From: Eutreptiella sp. 'Long Island Sound 2002' | Taxonomy: Eukaryota > Protista > Euglenida | DNA length: 64,000 bases | Direction of reading: 5' to 3' | NCBI GenBank assembly: GCA_964036045.1 | Contig: OZ038378.1 | Span: forward strand, 194,246,001 to 194,310,000 | Notes under the pieces: model-generated | Databases searched by the model: none | The model's input: the letters and a program-made list of their open reading frames with translations, nothing else | Told to the model about the DNA's origin: nothing | In this document: positions 21,814-34,359 of the stretch, in pieces | How positions within the stretch are numbered: the first letter of the stretch is position 1 | Layout of the letters: the number at the start of each line of letters is the position of its first letter | Program-made: the position numbers and the translations under genes

Positions 21814-24103
21814 AGAACCGAGGAGTCACCCCCGGGACTGTGCTGCACTGTGATGATACACAGTTAAAGCCATGAATCTTCCATCCTATGCTCCTGTATC
21901 CCATGGGGGTGCGTATCCCATGGGGGTGCCCTTAGCGCAGTGTGGGCGCAGTCTCTGAAGGGAACGTGGTGACAGACAATGTTCATCTTGTTCATCGGAA
22001 ACAGCAACGTCGGGTTTTAGGGGACGGGGCAAGAGACAACAGGCGGGAGCGGCGGGACGAGGGGCTCCCGAAGCTCCGCGGCAGGCACAGGGGGTCCCAC
22101 ATGACCCTCGGACCTGTGATCATTTTTCACAACGGGGATGAACAGGGGGCAGCCGTGCTCCCTGGTTGCATGGCCCATAGAGGACGGGGTGGGGGGATGA
22201 CCCCCCCTCCTCCCCCCCTTGGGTCGGGCAGAGCAGCAAGTGGCCCGCCCCTGGTCAGGGAGGGGAGGGCAGCTTACGAGCCCAGGGTCAGGGCCCTGAA
22301 GGGCAGCAGGAGCAGATACCTGACCCCCTGATTGCAGGTCCTTCCCTTGCGCCCGCGCTCAAGGGGTCCATGGGGAGGATTCCCCCTGGGGCCCAGCACG
22401 CACGCCACGGGCCAGCCCAACCACCAGCCCCCAGCAGCGGGGGGAGGGGAATGAAGCGACAAAGGGAGACCCCTCCCCCACGGGAGACCCGGCAAGCGCC
22501 CACGCTTGGCGCGCCCCGCGCAGCTGCACGGCCACGCGGGCACGGAGGTGACATAAACACCCCCCCCAGAGAGGCTCTGGCCTAGGCGAGGGCCGCATGG
22601 GGGGGAGAGGAGCCCTCTCTCCACCCACCGACCAGTGCGGGGGATCATCTGTGGGCACCCCTCCCTCTCTTTTTAGCACGCGGCCCGTAGACCCATGCAG
22701 GTCGTCCTATTTAATATGGCATTCCTTCCTCCCTTGCGCCGAGTACACCCTGGGTGAAGCTCCAGGAGGTCAGGCAGCGGGCCTAGCTCGCCCCAATCTG
22801 CGTACACACAGTGTGCAGGACCTACAATGTCTGGCCTGTTTCCACATCTTTTGGAATTATGGCATTCAGTGGTCCTTTTGTCCGGTTGTGTATGAAGGGT
22901 TTTCTGTGATTTGGGGCTGAGGATGATCCTTTGGGGTTGCCAAGACAACATCTGGTCACCCTCTCGTTCACCTCCGTCCCTAGTCTGGCCTAGTCTGGTG
23001 CAATCAAGCAACTCCCTTGTCGGAGCAGCGGGAGGTGCTATTTTTGGCAATTCCAGAAGGTCCAGTGAGCTGCGCTTGGCAGGGACCTTTCAGGCAAGCT
23101 GACGGGTTGATGGGTGTCCCGGTAACAGGGAAAATGCTCCAACAACAAAGGCCCTTGGCGGGTAGCCGCAACAGCTAGGCCACTTCCCATGCCGGTGCTC
23201 CTGTGCATGCTCATGGCTGCTCCCATGACCACAACCCAGGGAGCGAAATCTTGGCCTTGTGTGTGTCTGCAGGTTTCCTTGCTCGTTGTCCACCCTCCTT
23301 GCACACAGCCCTTCAATATAGAACGTTCGTGTCTGAGCATCCAGCTCCATATTCTGACAATATCCAAAGCAAACATAACTCCCACACTTAAGAACGTATG
23401 TATACTGTCTCGAGTACTTGGCATTGGACATTTTGAGTCAGTCGCCAAAACAAAAGAGGCATATGCCCCCCCCCCCCCCGGTGGTCCGAAATCCCAACCC
23501 CCAGCCCCCCCCAATCCCTTGAAGTTCTACCCCCGCCCTCCCCCCTTTTCCCAACATGGGCTTGTCCAAGCACGACGACCCCGTGTTTCCACGGTTTTGT
23601 GTTTTGTTTTTTGGAACCATGGTTGTTGCGGTTCCAATCCAATAGAGAATGTGGTTTGTAGCTTGGTGCAGGCTGCAAGAAGGGTCAATATGGGTGGCAA
23701 AGTGGTGGTGTAGCTGTAATTCCATGTCCTTTTGTGTTCTGGGGTGTATGCTGGCCTGTTGCTTTGTATTGTCATGTTTTGAGGGGTCAGGTTACTGTTT
23801 GCAACATGTGTTCTGTGTTACATGCCTCGCGGTACCACGGGTCTCTTCATTTCCATTGACATGCAAGCGTGCAGGCTCTTTGCAGGATGGTAATTCCACA
23901 ACGTGCGTCAGAGCTTCCTCCACCTGTCAGTCCATTGTCGGGATGGTTCTGTGGGGAGTGACTGAGCTCTTATATTATTTTTATTATTCTTATTGTTAGA
24001 AGTATAAGGGGGAACGTTAGCGCGCCGGACGCGCGCCAGGCATCTTTTTGGACCCGTGCCCCACCGGTGACCTTTTAGGGGGTGCGCTAAGGGGGCGCAC
24101 TTA

Positions 24104-24812
24104 GGACAATCTTTGAATCCACGCTTCGTTGCGTGCTGCATCATGGTGACCCCCGGCGTAGGTTTTGACTTCCGATTTTGTTCCCTTTGTTGGGGACCCC
24201 CGAGAATGCAGGGGTGATGTAGCATTTCCGCCCTCTTTTGGGCCCCAACCGTCCGGTGCTATTGACGAAACCGGGACAATCTTTGAATCCACGCTTTGTT
24301 GCGTGGTGCATCATGGTGACCCCCGGCGTAGGTTTTGAGTTTTGATTTTGTTCCCTTTGTTGGGGACCCCCGAGAATGCAGGGGTGATGTAGCATTTCCG
24401 CCCTCTTTTGGGCCCCAACCGTCCGGTGCTATTGAGGAAACCGGGACGATCTTTGAATCCACGCTTTGTTGCGTGGTGCATCATGGTGACCCCCGGCGTA
24501 GGTTTTGACTTCCGATTTTGTTCCCTTTGTTGGGGACCCCCGAGAATGCAAGGGTGATGTAGCATTTCCGCCCTCTTTTGGGCCCCAACCGTCCGGTGCT
24601 ATTGAGGAAACCGGGACAATCTTTGAATCCACGCTTTGTTGCGTGGTGCATCATGGTGACCCCCGGCGTAGCTTTTGAGTTTTGATTTTGTTCCCTTTGT
24701 TGGGGACCCCCGAGAATGCAGGGGTGATGTAGCATTTCCGCCCTCTTTTGGGCCCCAACCGTCCGGTACTATTGAGGAAACCGGGACAGTCTTTGAATCC
24801 ACGCTTTGTTGC
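24104..24812 (+). repeat. 170-bp tandem repeat (4 full units plus a partial) inside the transposon
   Basis: Unit starts at 24104, 24274, 24444, 24614 and 24784. Confidence 0.95.
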
Positions 24813-24844
24813 TTGTGTTGTTGTTTGTGTCCAATTCGCGCGTA

Positions 24845-25518
24845 CCATTGGCGGGATATGGAGTGCAGACCTGTGGAATCCTAAGTATGCGTCGCATGTT
24901 TACAAGGTCACTGTTGCCGTTGATATGTTGGGCAACATTGTATGGATTTGCCCCTTGGCCCCCGGGACATCAGCAGATGTTTTGATTTGGGATGGGTACG
25001 GACCTTCTCGTACCCGAGGGGATTTCTTTGATTTTGAAGTTGGGGGCCATGATGGCGCTTATAAAGGCCGGATTCATGTCATTGTGCCATTCATTGGAAG
25101 AAAGAATGGCACTTTGACAGCCCGCCAACAAGGTTACAATGATGTCCATGGGTGGTACAGGGCACGCATTGAGCAGCTGTTTGCTCGGTTGTGGCATTGG
25201 GGTTTGGTTAGGAACATCTGGCGTGGCGGCCCCAATGAGTTGCACCAGCCAGTCCGCATTTTGTTGCATTTCACTCCGTTTTGCATCCGGAGGCAAGTCC
25301 GTCACCCCCCCTACGGACCATGGGAGCATGTCCCGCCTCAGGTTTGGACTGACCAAAGCAACTCGGCCGCCACGCAAGATGAGGCAGAGGATGAGGCGGA
25401 AGTGTGTGTTTTGTGTTGCCAAAGGCGCTCCACCGTCGCAGTTTGTGATGAGTGTAAGGAGCAATATTGTAATGAATGTATTGACCCCCACACTTGTGGG
25501 ACCAATGTTGTTTGTTAA
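24845..25518 (+). pseudogene. Harbinger-type transposase, C-terminal part (second D and E present, first D deleted), with terminal Cys/His finger
   Basis: YKVTVAVDMLGNIVWI, PGTSAD, GHDGAY, RARIEQLF (D-39-E) and CVLCCQRRSTVAVCDECKEQYCNECIDPHTC. Confidence 0.85.
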
Positions 25519-26761
25519 GTGCAACACAAATGACAGTTGGAGTGGTTGAAGTCACAGATATTGCTTTATTTTGCAACGTGCTTTGTAGGGAAGGTGTGCA
25601 GTGCAATGTGGTCTACTTGGGGGGCTTCTCCATGGGAGGGTAAATCTGGGGCTGAAGTCGGGATAGTTAATACAAAAGTAGCGCGCCGGGCGCGCGCCGG
25701 GCAAACGTTCCCCCTAAGAATAATAATTACATGACATGCAGGCGTGCAGCTCTTTACGCCCTTCTGCTCTGCTCTGCTTAAGGAAGGAGCCTTTAGTCAT
25801 ACAGGGTGGAGCCAGTGTAACCACCATACTCACCTGACGCTGACGTCTGGTTAAGTGTAGATATGGTGATGACCCCATGGACTATTGCTCCTTAAGATGG
25901 TTTCCTTCCATCTGCTCTGCATATATGCTACTGCCAAGCCCGTTGCTGAGGCTGCTGCCATCCCTTGTGCTGAACCCTCAGTCAAGGTGCAACCAAACCT
26001 GTCGCCAGGGTTGCAGTGTGGCTGGAGAGCCCATTCTGATGGACCCTGTTGAGCACGTGCAACTCTTCAGCTCTTCAAAGTTGAGTTCTAGCACCAGCCA
26101 AAGCAAACAAAGCTCCCACACTTAAGAACGTATGTATACTATCTCGAGTTGGCATGAGACACTTTGAGTCAGCCCCCCCCCCCCCCCAAAACAAGCATGT
26201 GTACCCCCCCCCCCCCGGTGGGCCGAAATCCCAACCCCCACCCCCCGATCCCTTGAACTTAAACCCCCGCCCCCCCCCCCCTTTGTCCTAACACGGGCTT
26301 CCACACTTTCGTTTTTTGTTTTTTGGAACCATGGTTGTTGCGGTTCCAATCCAATAGAGAATGTGGTTTGTAGCTTGGTGCAGGCTGCAAGAAGGGTCAA
26401 TATGGGTGGCAAAGTGGTGGTGTAGCTGTAATTCCATGTCCTCTTGTGTTCTGGGGTGCATGCTGGCCTGTTGCTTTGTATTGTCATGTTTTGAGGCTCG
26501 GGTTGGCTTATGTTTGCAACATGTGTTCTGTGTTACATGCCTCGTGCTGACACGGGCTGGTCCAAACACGGCGACCCCATGTTTCCGCATTTTTGCCCAT
26601 TGAACTAGGACCCGACCTGTGTTAGGACAGTGGGTGGGGGTTACACTTGTGCATGGCCAGAATTGACTGGGTTATCATGAGGGCCCCCATGTGCCTTGAC
26701 CACAAATACCACCCAGCTCCCCCCTTGGGCCGAAATCCCAACCCCCACCCCCCAATCCCTT

Positions 26762-27200
26762 ATGCACCCCTGCTCACAGGAACGCTCTGTCTGAATGGAT
26801 GGTATGAACCAGAGGCTGGGCCTGCGGCTCCCTCACAGCCACGTTATCGCCACAGTGTCTGTAGTTATATGAATGAGATTGAGCCTAACACACACACACA
26901 CCACTGACCCTCTCTCTATGAGTGCTGACGGACGACATGACAGGTTGGCCGATTGAGAGCCAGCGTACCGCAAGCCTGTCCAGCCGCCTGTGGACCTCAA
27001 CCCCCCAGTACGTTAACATGCAGGCTAGAGGTTTTGGCCGACAAAACACGGCCAGAAAAGGGTGACTAGGCAAACATCAGTGCAACCTGTACATACGCAA
27101 AAGTGCTCGTGGAACCAACGTCTCAATGGAACTGCCGAACATTGCTGCATATGCATACCAGGACGTGCATGTGTGGAGCGCTTTGTTGACCTGCTTGCGG
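26762..27200 (+). other. 439-bp insertion flanked by a 13-bp duplication
   Basis: CCCCCAATCCCTT at 26749-26761 and 27201-27213. Absent from the equivalent sites at about 8680, 42000 and 55280. Confidence 0.85.
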
Positions 27201-28757
27201 CCCCCAATCCCTTGAAGGTTTACCAACCTGTGTCACAATTGCAATTGCCCTGCATGCATGCCATGCATGCCTGCCTGTGTTTTGCAAAACGCTCAGACTT
27301 TACAATGTATCCTCCCATTCCGCCCCCCCCCCCAAAAAAAAGAAAGCTAACAGAATTGCCCCCCCCCTCCCCGCGCCCCAGCAATCATTCTGCCAGCTTG
27401 CCGGGGTTTGTTGTGGCCCTCAGTCCCCATGTACTGTTGAATTTAGGTTAGAGGTCTTGGCGGACACCAGCGCCAGACTGTACATACGCAGATGTTTGAC
27501 ATTGATCTGGATCATCAGTGGAACTGCCGAACATTGCTGTATATGCATACCAGGACGTGCATGTGTGGAGCGCTTTGTTGACCTGCATGCGGCCCCTGCC
27601 CCAGCCGGAATGGACAATCATGCGCCCCCACCCCAGCCCCCCAAACAATATTCCCCTTCCCCCGGCCCGGAGCGGACAACCATGGCCCGGCCATTTTGGA
27701 CCAAATCTTGGACCAAATCTTTTCTGCTCCAAGAGCACACTGGGAAGCCCACGGGCGTGGTGGTTCCTGCTGCATAACCTGGAGTCAGAGCCAGATCAGA
27801 CTAGCGCAAGTGATGTTCCAGCCCCCTCCCCCCCCACCATCGTTTTCAAAGCACCTCTTCGCCTTGACAACCCTAGAATGGTGCATTTCTGCAAACTGCA
27901 AATTGTCATTTACTGCGTTAAATGATTGGTTTCCAGTGCGCACCTTCTCTGGTCTGTAATCCATTCAATGAGCCAGAAACTGTTTCTTCTGTCATTCCTG
28001 GGGTGCATAGTTTCTCTTCATTTCCATTGACATGCAAGTGTGCAGGCTCTTTGCAGGATGGTAATTCCACAACGTGCGTCAGAGCTTCCTCCACCTGTCA
28101 GTCCATTGTCGGGATGGTTCTGTGGGGAGTGAGTGAGCTCTTATATTATTTTTATTATTCTTATTGTCAGAAGTATAAGAACAATAATTACATGACATGG
28201 AGGCGTGCAGCAGACCCAATGACCAGAGAGCACAATGGGCAATCAAACGCCCACGCACATGAAGGACATAACCCCACCAGGGACGCCAGGAAAGTTTTTC
28301 CCGGTTTTCTCATGACAGAAAATTTCCACATCAACAGATTTCATTCCTCGTTGCCCCAGTGGCGTGGCAGTTTCTGATACTGCATGAGCAGATGACAGAT
28401 TACAGGTGAGCTTCAAGTATACGTCCCGCCACCACGGGTGGTATGCGGCCCAGGTACCGCACGGGACAACATATGTTGTACTTACACTGTCATTTCTGAA
28501 CCGGCCCGTCTGGCTGAGCACTTACGAAGAACTTGTGAGTCTGAGCCAAAAAAAAATTACATTACATGGAGGCGTGCAGCCCTTTACGCCCCTGTGCTCT
28601 GCACACATGCTACTGCCAAGCCCGTTGCTGAGGCTGCTGCCATCCCTTGTGCTGAACCCTCAGTCAAGGTGCAACCAAACCTGCCGCCAGGGTCGCAGGC
28701 AAGTCTGCAGCCAAGCCTGTGGCTGGAGAATTTTGCTATTTCGACTTATGCAGTGTC

Positions 28758-28885
28758 CTTTGTAGGGAAGGTTTGCGGTCCACTCTTGGTGGACTTGGGG
28801 GCTCTTCTAGAGGAGGGTAAATCCGGGTTGAAAGTCAGGATAGTTTCTACAAAAGTAGCGCGCCGGGCAAACACCCCCCCCCCCC
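28758..28885 (+). mobile_element. Orphan transposon right end
   Basis: Identical to 10239-10366. Confidence 0.75.
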
Positions 28886-29236
28886 TTTAGTGCCTCAGGG
28901 CCGAAAGGGCCTTGAATATGGGCCAATCTGGGACCACAAATGGCTCCAAAACAGGTCAAAACCATGGTTTTTCAAAAATAATCCTAGTCCAGTTGTGGTC
29001 CCCAAACGGATGAACATAGCTCGTTTTGAGCCCCTTTTGAGCTGCTCTCATCCACTTTCCAGTGCGTACCTCATTTGTCGTTGAAGTCTCCTAGACGATG
29101 TTCCTTCCCCCACTAGCTCGGTCCCAATATTCAATCCTGGTATGGTTAGAGAGAGGGCAAGGGGAGGTAAGGGGAGCCTGTGATGAACCAACGCTTGGCC
29201 TTGGGGGCATGTACCAGGGAAGGCTCTCCCACCCTA

Positions 29237-30055
29237 GGGGGTGTTGCCTGAACCGTGCGCGCACCGTGCGCGCACCGTGCGCGCACCGTGCATCCTTTTG
29301 CGTATTCTGTGTCCACCAGATCCACAATGCCTGAATCTGAGCTGCCCTAGCTTGTCGCCGGACTGCCTGTGTACTACCACCGCTCCAACGGGGATAGGGT
29401 GTCGGCCACTGTCGTTGACCCTTCTCCAAGAGGTGGGAGTCGCGTCTCTATTTGGTACGAATTGGGTGGTGAAGAGGTCTTGTACGAGCATGCACCCGAG
29501 GAGCGGTTGGAGTTTGCAATTGTGACTGCTGAGAGCCCCGATTCCCCCCAACCTATGCACCATGAGGCGCCGATGGATGCTTTGCTGGAGCCCCAATTAC
29601 CTGAAGTGGAAGCTGAAGCCCCTAGAATTGATGATCATGAGCCAGAATGCTGTGGCGGATGAAATTGAAATTCCCGTAACCCAACCAGTGTTGTCGCTTG
29701 TGTTGTCGCCTGTACATGGTTTGTTACGGAGGTGCGTGCAAGGTGCAGAAATTGGGAGCCTGGAACCTGTGACAAGCATCAGATTCAAAAAAAAAAAATT
29801 CCCGGTACGCCAATAGGGGCTGCAGGGTGCAGAAAATAGGACCCTGGAACCTGTGACAAGCATCAGACTAAAAATTGAAGAATCCTGGTATGCCAGTATG
29901 GACTGCAAGGTGCAGAAATCAGGACCCTGGGTGTGTTTCTATGGGGGCCATTCAACGGGGTACAAGTTGGGCAACCATCCCAAAAACATTGAACCGTGCG
30001 CGCACCGTGCACGCACCGTGCGCGCACCGTGCGCGCACCGTGCGACAACGCCCCC
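29237..30055 (+). mobile_element. 819-bp non-autonomous GGGGG...CCCCC element with CTA at both ends but non-matching flanks (recombinant)
   Basis: GGGGGTGTTG / CAACGCCCCC termini; (ACCGTGCGCGC)n at both ends; CTA at 29234-29236 and 30056-30058; internal 82-84 bp tandem repeat at about 29737-29930. Confidence 0.8.
29327..29662 (+). pseudogene. Tudor/SH3-like beta-barrel ORF with early stop (TAG at 29348)
   Basis: VYYHRSNGDRVSATVV...FAIVTAESP aligns with VFYTRSNGMRVPATVV...FAIPSADSP of the ORF at 50101. Confidence 0.6.
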
Positions 30056-30134
30056 CTAGAGGAGGGTAAATCTGGGTTGAAAGTCAGGATAGTTTCTACA
30101 AAAGTAGCGCGCCGGGCAAACACCCCCCCCCCCC
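30056..30134 (+). mobile_element. Partial orphan right end (target of the 819-bp element)
   Basis: Matches 10287-10366 from CTAGAGG onward. Confidence 0.7.
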
Positions 30135-33100
30135 TTTGGTGCCTCAGCGGTTTAAGGACTGGGCCAATAGGGGGCCAGTCTTCACACAAGCCTGCGTGTT
30201 GAGTTGTGGGATTGGGTTGTGCATGCATGTGTGCTTTTATGCATATTGTTATCTGCTCCATTAGCTCGAGCTCCCCTGGTCTGTGATCAATTGGGACACG
30301 ACTGGCACTTTCAATGGGCCTGGAACTGTTCCTTCCAATATTCCTGAGTTGCATTATTCTTCTTCATTTGCATTTACATCTGAGTTGCTGTATTGAGTGA
30401 GCATGCGAATCAATGATTCAAATGTCGCATGTTCATTGGTGCTATTAGAGTTGTTGCCACATTGGGCTGTGGTTTTGGATTACCCTGTGCAAAGGGGTTT
30501 CATACTCATGTAAGTGCCTTTCCCTGAAGGGTGTGCCAAGAACACACATTGTAGGTGGGTTGGCATGGGCTCAAACCCACCTTCTCTGCTTCTTTTTATT
30601 ATCACAAGATCTGTCAACAGCTCCAGCAGCAGCAAGCTTGGCAGCCATCTGTGATGTATGCAACGCCCTCATTCCCACATACCCGGAACAGAACTCAGGA
30701 GAAAGTTTGTGGGACGCCCTCAAGGCGTGTCAGTTGCATCCCGCTGCATCCCCTGGTGACAGTGTACAAGTCTCAAGTACACGTCCCACCATCCTCTGAT
30801 GGCATGTGGGTCCTCCACACGGGATAATATATGTTGCATTTTAAGTGCCACACAGAGCCGGTCCGTCTGACCGAGCACTTATGAGGCACGGGTAAATCTG
30901 AGCAAAAAGAAAGTACATGGAACAGAACTCAACTCCTGTAGATTTGATTCACTCGCTCTTCTTTCAGAGGCTCATACCCTACCCCCTCCCTCGCGAGGAC
31001 ATTGTCTATGGCGGGGACATTCGGTCAATCAGAACCGACCATTGATCCCCTCGTGAGGACAGCACCCTTGTCAGAACAATATGGGGTGCTGTTTCTGCAA
31101 CTTTTGAAACCATTGGCTTTCGTGGCCCCATTTTCTGGTTGTCTATGAGGTCAAGTTTTTTTTCTTTGATTTGAAGCAAGGAATAGTATTGATTGCTAGG
31201 CTGCCACTTGTTGCCCATAGGTAGGATACGTCTTGCCCCATTCTGCTCCTTGCTTCAGTGCAGAGAATGTATAATGCTTGTTTTTGAGGCCAATTCAGGG
31301 TCCGATTCTGATTTTCGTTCAGGGACAGACACCAGGTGTGATGGAGCCAGCTATGATGAGGTTTCTGAATCAGGTTCTGTGTCCGATTCAAGTTCCTTGT
31401 CAAATGCATCTTCCATTTCTTTGAACAGCAGTGGTCAGGCCAGGTGTTCTGGAGGACAACGGAGGATGCTTTGCTTTGCTCTCATTGCTCATGTCCTAAC
31501 GGCGCACTCAAACAGCGCCCTTGGCAGATCAGGAGGGCCATTTATTGTCATTTGGTAACTCTTTCTTTGCATACAAATACTTATTGCTCTGGTGTTGTGC
31601 AATGCCACATTTGTTGCTCGTTCTTTGGGGCAAAGAGAGTGCCTTCTTTCATTTGTAATGACAAAATTGGAGGTGGCACCCAGGGGCACCACCGTTGGTT
31701 AGGGGGTCCATATAGAAGAAAAAAGTGGAATGTGACTTGCGTCCGAATTGACGTATAGTGGCAGCTACAGGCGAACCAAGTTTGGCCCACCACAATGCTA
31801 GCGGACCCAAAATGGTGCTCTCAGGACCAATATGCATTGGCCAATGATTCAGCGTATGCATGTGTCAGCGTATGCTTGCCTAATGCTTGCGGATATTTCG
31901 GTCCTGTAGCCACCAACTCATCCCGCAGCCATGCAATCACACTGAGATGCAAAACAATTGGTCTCAGAAATAACACCATTTGGCAGAGGGAGTGGTCATT
32001 GCACAAAGCAAACATTGCATATGCTAAAAAGCTAGCTGCAGCAATTTTACCATCGCATGCGGCGATGTTACAGCAATTCACGCACCTCCATTGCCACCTC
32101 GCGTCGCCGTATCATCGCGTGGAGGCGCCAAGGGACTCTTCCCCTTGACCACTACGACACACTGATGCAAACGTGCCACACCAGGAAGGAAAAGTTTTGG
32201 CTTCAATCCCTACGTACCTTGAGACATCGGTCAATGCAGGCACTCACACACGTTGCCACTCAACTACTAAGGGAAAACTGGTCAGCTGCGGAGGACCTGT
32301 TCCGAGCTGCCATTGCCATCGTACATCACCTCAAAAAGCGCTCCCGGCCCTATGACACTGCAAACCCCAACCCAAAACGGACCTGCACGCCCCGCACTGC
32401 CCCTCAACCCTCCGAGTCCGAGACAGTGTGGCCTAATCCCTGAAGACAGGGACCAACCCCTCTACAGACTTGACATCTGACACTGGATTCTTGCACTTGG
32501 CGGCGGTGTCGGCTGCGCGCCAGTTCCTATTTTTTCACCAACCCATGGCAGGTTGGCCCCCCTGTGGCGTCCTCCCCTTGTCTATTTTTTCCCCCACAGG
32601 TGTGGAATGCCACTCCCCAGCGCGCCGTAACCCTGCCTGTGTTCTACTTCCCACCTTCGCCCTCTTCTGTGTGTCACCGATCACTCCACAGCAGTGCGCT
32701 CTGCCCCAAGCGAATAGTGACCCTTTGTGCCTGATTGACCAATTGTGCCTGAATGTCATCCCCTCCCACTCTGATAGTGTATGACAAGCAACCTGCTGAT
32801 TCACCTCGGCCTTCAATCTTCACTCCGCTGTCTTTTTCAGCCTACAGTCATTGTGCCTCACGCACACTGGGAAGCCTACGGGCGTGGCAGTCTCCCACTG
32901 CATAACCTGGTTTCAGACTCAGCTCATCCTCACTACGTGTCAGATCCGCTACCACAGTCATTTGTGGGATCATTGTAGCACTGGACAGCTCTGAACCTTG
33001 ATTCCGAGGGGTCACCTCGAGGACTGTGAAGTAAGCAGGCTACGCCAGCTCATCTTGGTCTGAGCCAAAAAAAAAACATTGCATATGCTAAAAAGCTAGG

Positions 33101-34359
33101 GCAACCGTTACCACCCCCCACCCCCCAACTGTGAGCACCAAAAGCGCTGAAAATGATGGAAACACCATCTCGCGCTCCAATTTTAAGCTGTCAACAAGAA
33201 GAGGTGCGTTCAAGAAAGTCCAAGAGCAGATGTCAAGAAGTTGGGAAGCGAATGATGGGATGTTGCATGTAGTTTGGAACAACCATTGGAGCATGGACCC
33301 TATGCTCTTGGCCGTCCCAACGCGCCTCTTGTGGTATACAAACCCCTGAACAACCACCGTAGCAGCTAGGACCAACGGGAGGCCCGCGTGACCTTACATG
33401 CTATACCCTGACAACACCATCCTTTTTGTCCCTTGTACCTTCGATAACCCCACCAACAGGGGCATGGGGAAGGTCTCTCTTCAAGGTGCCTGGCCGAAGG
33501 CAATAGAACTTCTACAACCCCAGAGATCTACACTACTTCTCTTACGGCACCTTTTTTCGGTGGTGGTGTGCACTGTAAGGAGTACAGCTTCATGCCTGGT
33601 CATGGCCGTACCCCCCCTCCCCCTTGCGCAAGCACGGCCTTGTCTAAGCACAGAGTGGTGAGAACAGTGATTTCCTGCCGGTGGGATACCTGGGGTGACG
33701 GCCATCGTCGGATTATGGCTAAGCATAGAGTGGGCGTTGAAACGCTGTTTTTAGGAAATTTTGGGACCACTGTTTTTGTCGTCCCAGATGTAAGATGGGG
33801 TTTAAAACCATTCTACCACACATTACAACCCGTGATTCTTAGCCAGTCCCGATATTCCCCTTCCACAGCCTGTCACCATCTGCATCTTCTGGAAATGGGC
33901 GGTCATGTGCGTTTGCCATCATGTGTGTCGCACGCGAGCATAGTGTTGTCTAAGCACCCGGTGGGCGTTGAACCGCTGTTTAGCCTGCTTTTTGGGACCA
34001 CGGCTGTGCTTGCGCAGGGGGAGGGGGGTTACATTCAACTAGAACCACTATCCTACAAGGCCTTTGGGTATTTGGCCTACAGTCTGTAATCCTGCTCCTT
34101 CGCGGGGCAATACATAGTTGATGGCTTAGCCGACATCAGTGGTCAGGGCTGTTTGCCACTCTAGCACGTGGCCCCGGTGCAGCCCTAGTGCAGCAAGGAA
34201 TCCCCACTGTTCGGGACTGTATGATGCCAATGTACAGGTCAAGCGTCAGATGATTTTGAAAATTGCACCACCTTGGAAAGCAGTTTTACGCTGCAGGTCT
34301 GTGGAACTTTCTGCGTTGGTTGCAGCCATGCATTGTTGCACATTGATGTGTTGTCCAAT

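Larger units (their letters stand above)
24008..25714 (+). mobile_element. PIF/Harbinger-type (PHIS) DNA transposon, internally deleted, 1707 bp, TSD TAA
   Basis: GGGGGAACGTT...AACGTTCCCCC termini; TAA at 24005-24007 and 25715-25717; empty site AAGTATAAGAAT at about 7641; DDE_Tnp_4-like ORF inside. Confidence 0.92.

Noticed and set aside
24104-24812. CRISPR array (also considered for 61242-61535)
   Set aside because: Contiguous tandem units with no unique spacers, no cas genes, and a eukaryotic context.
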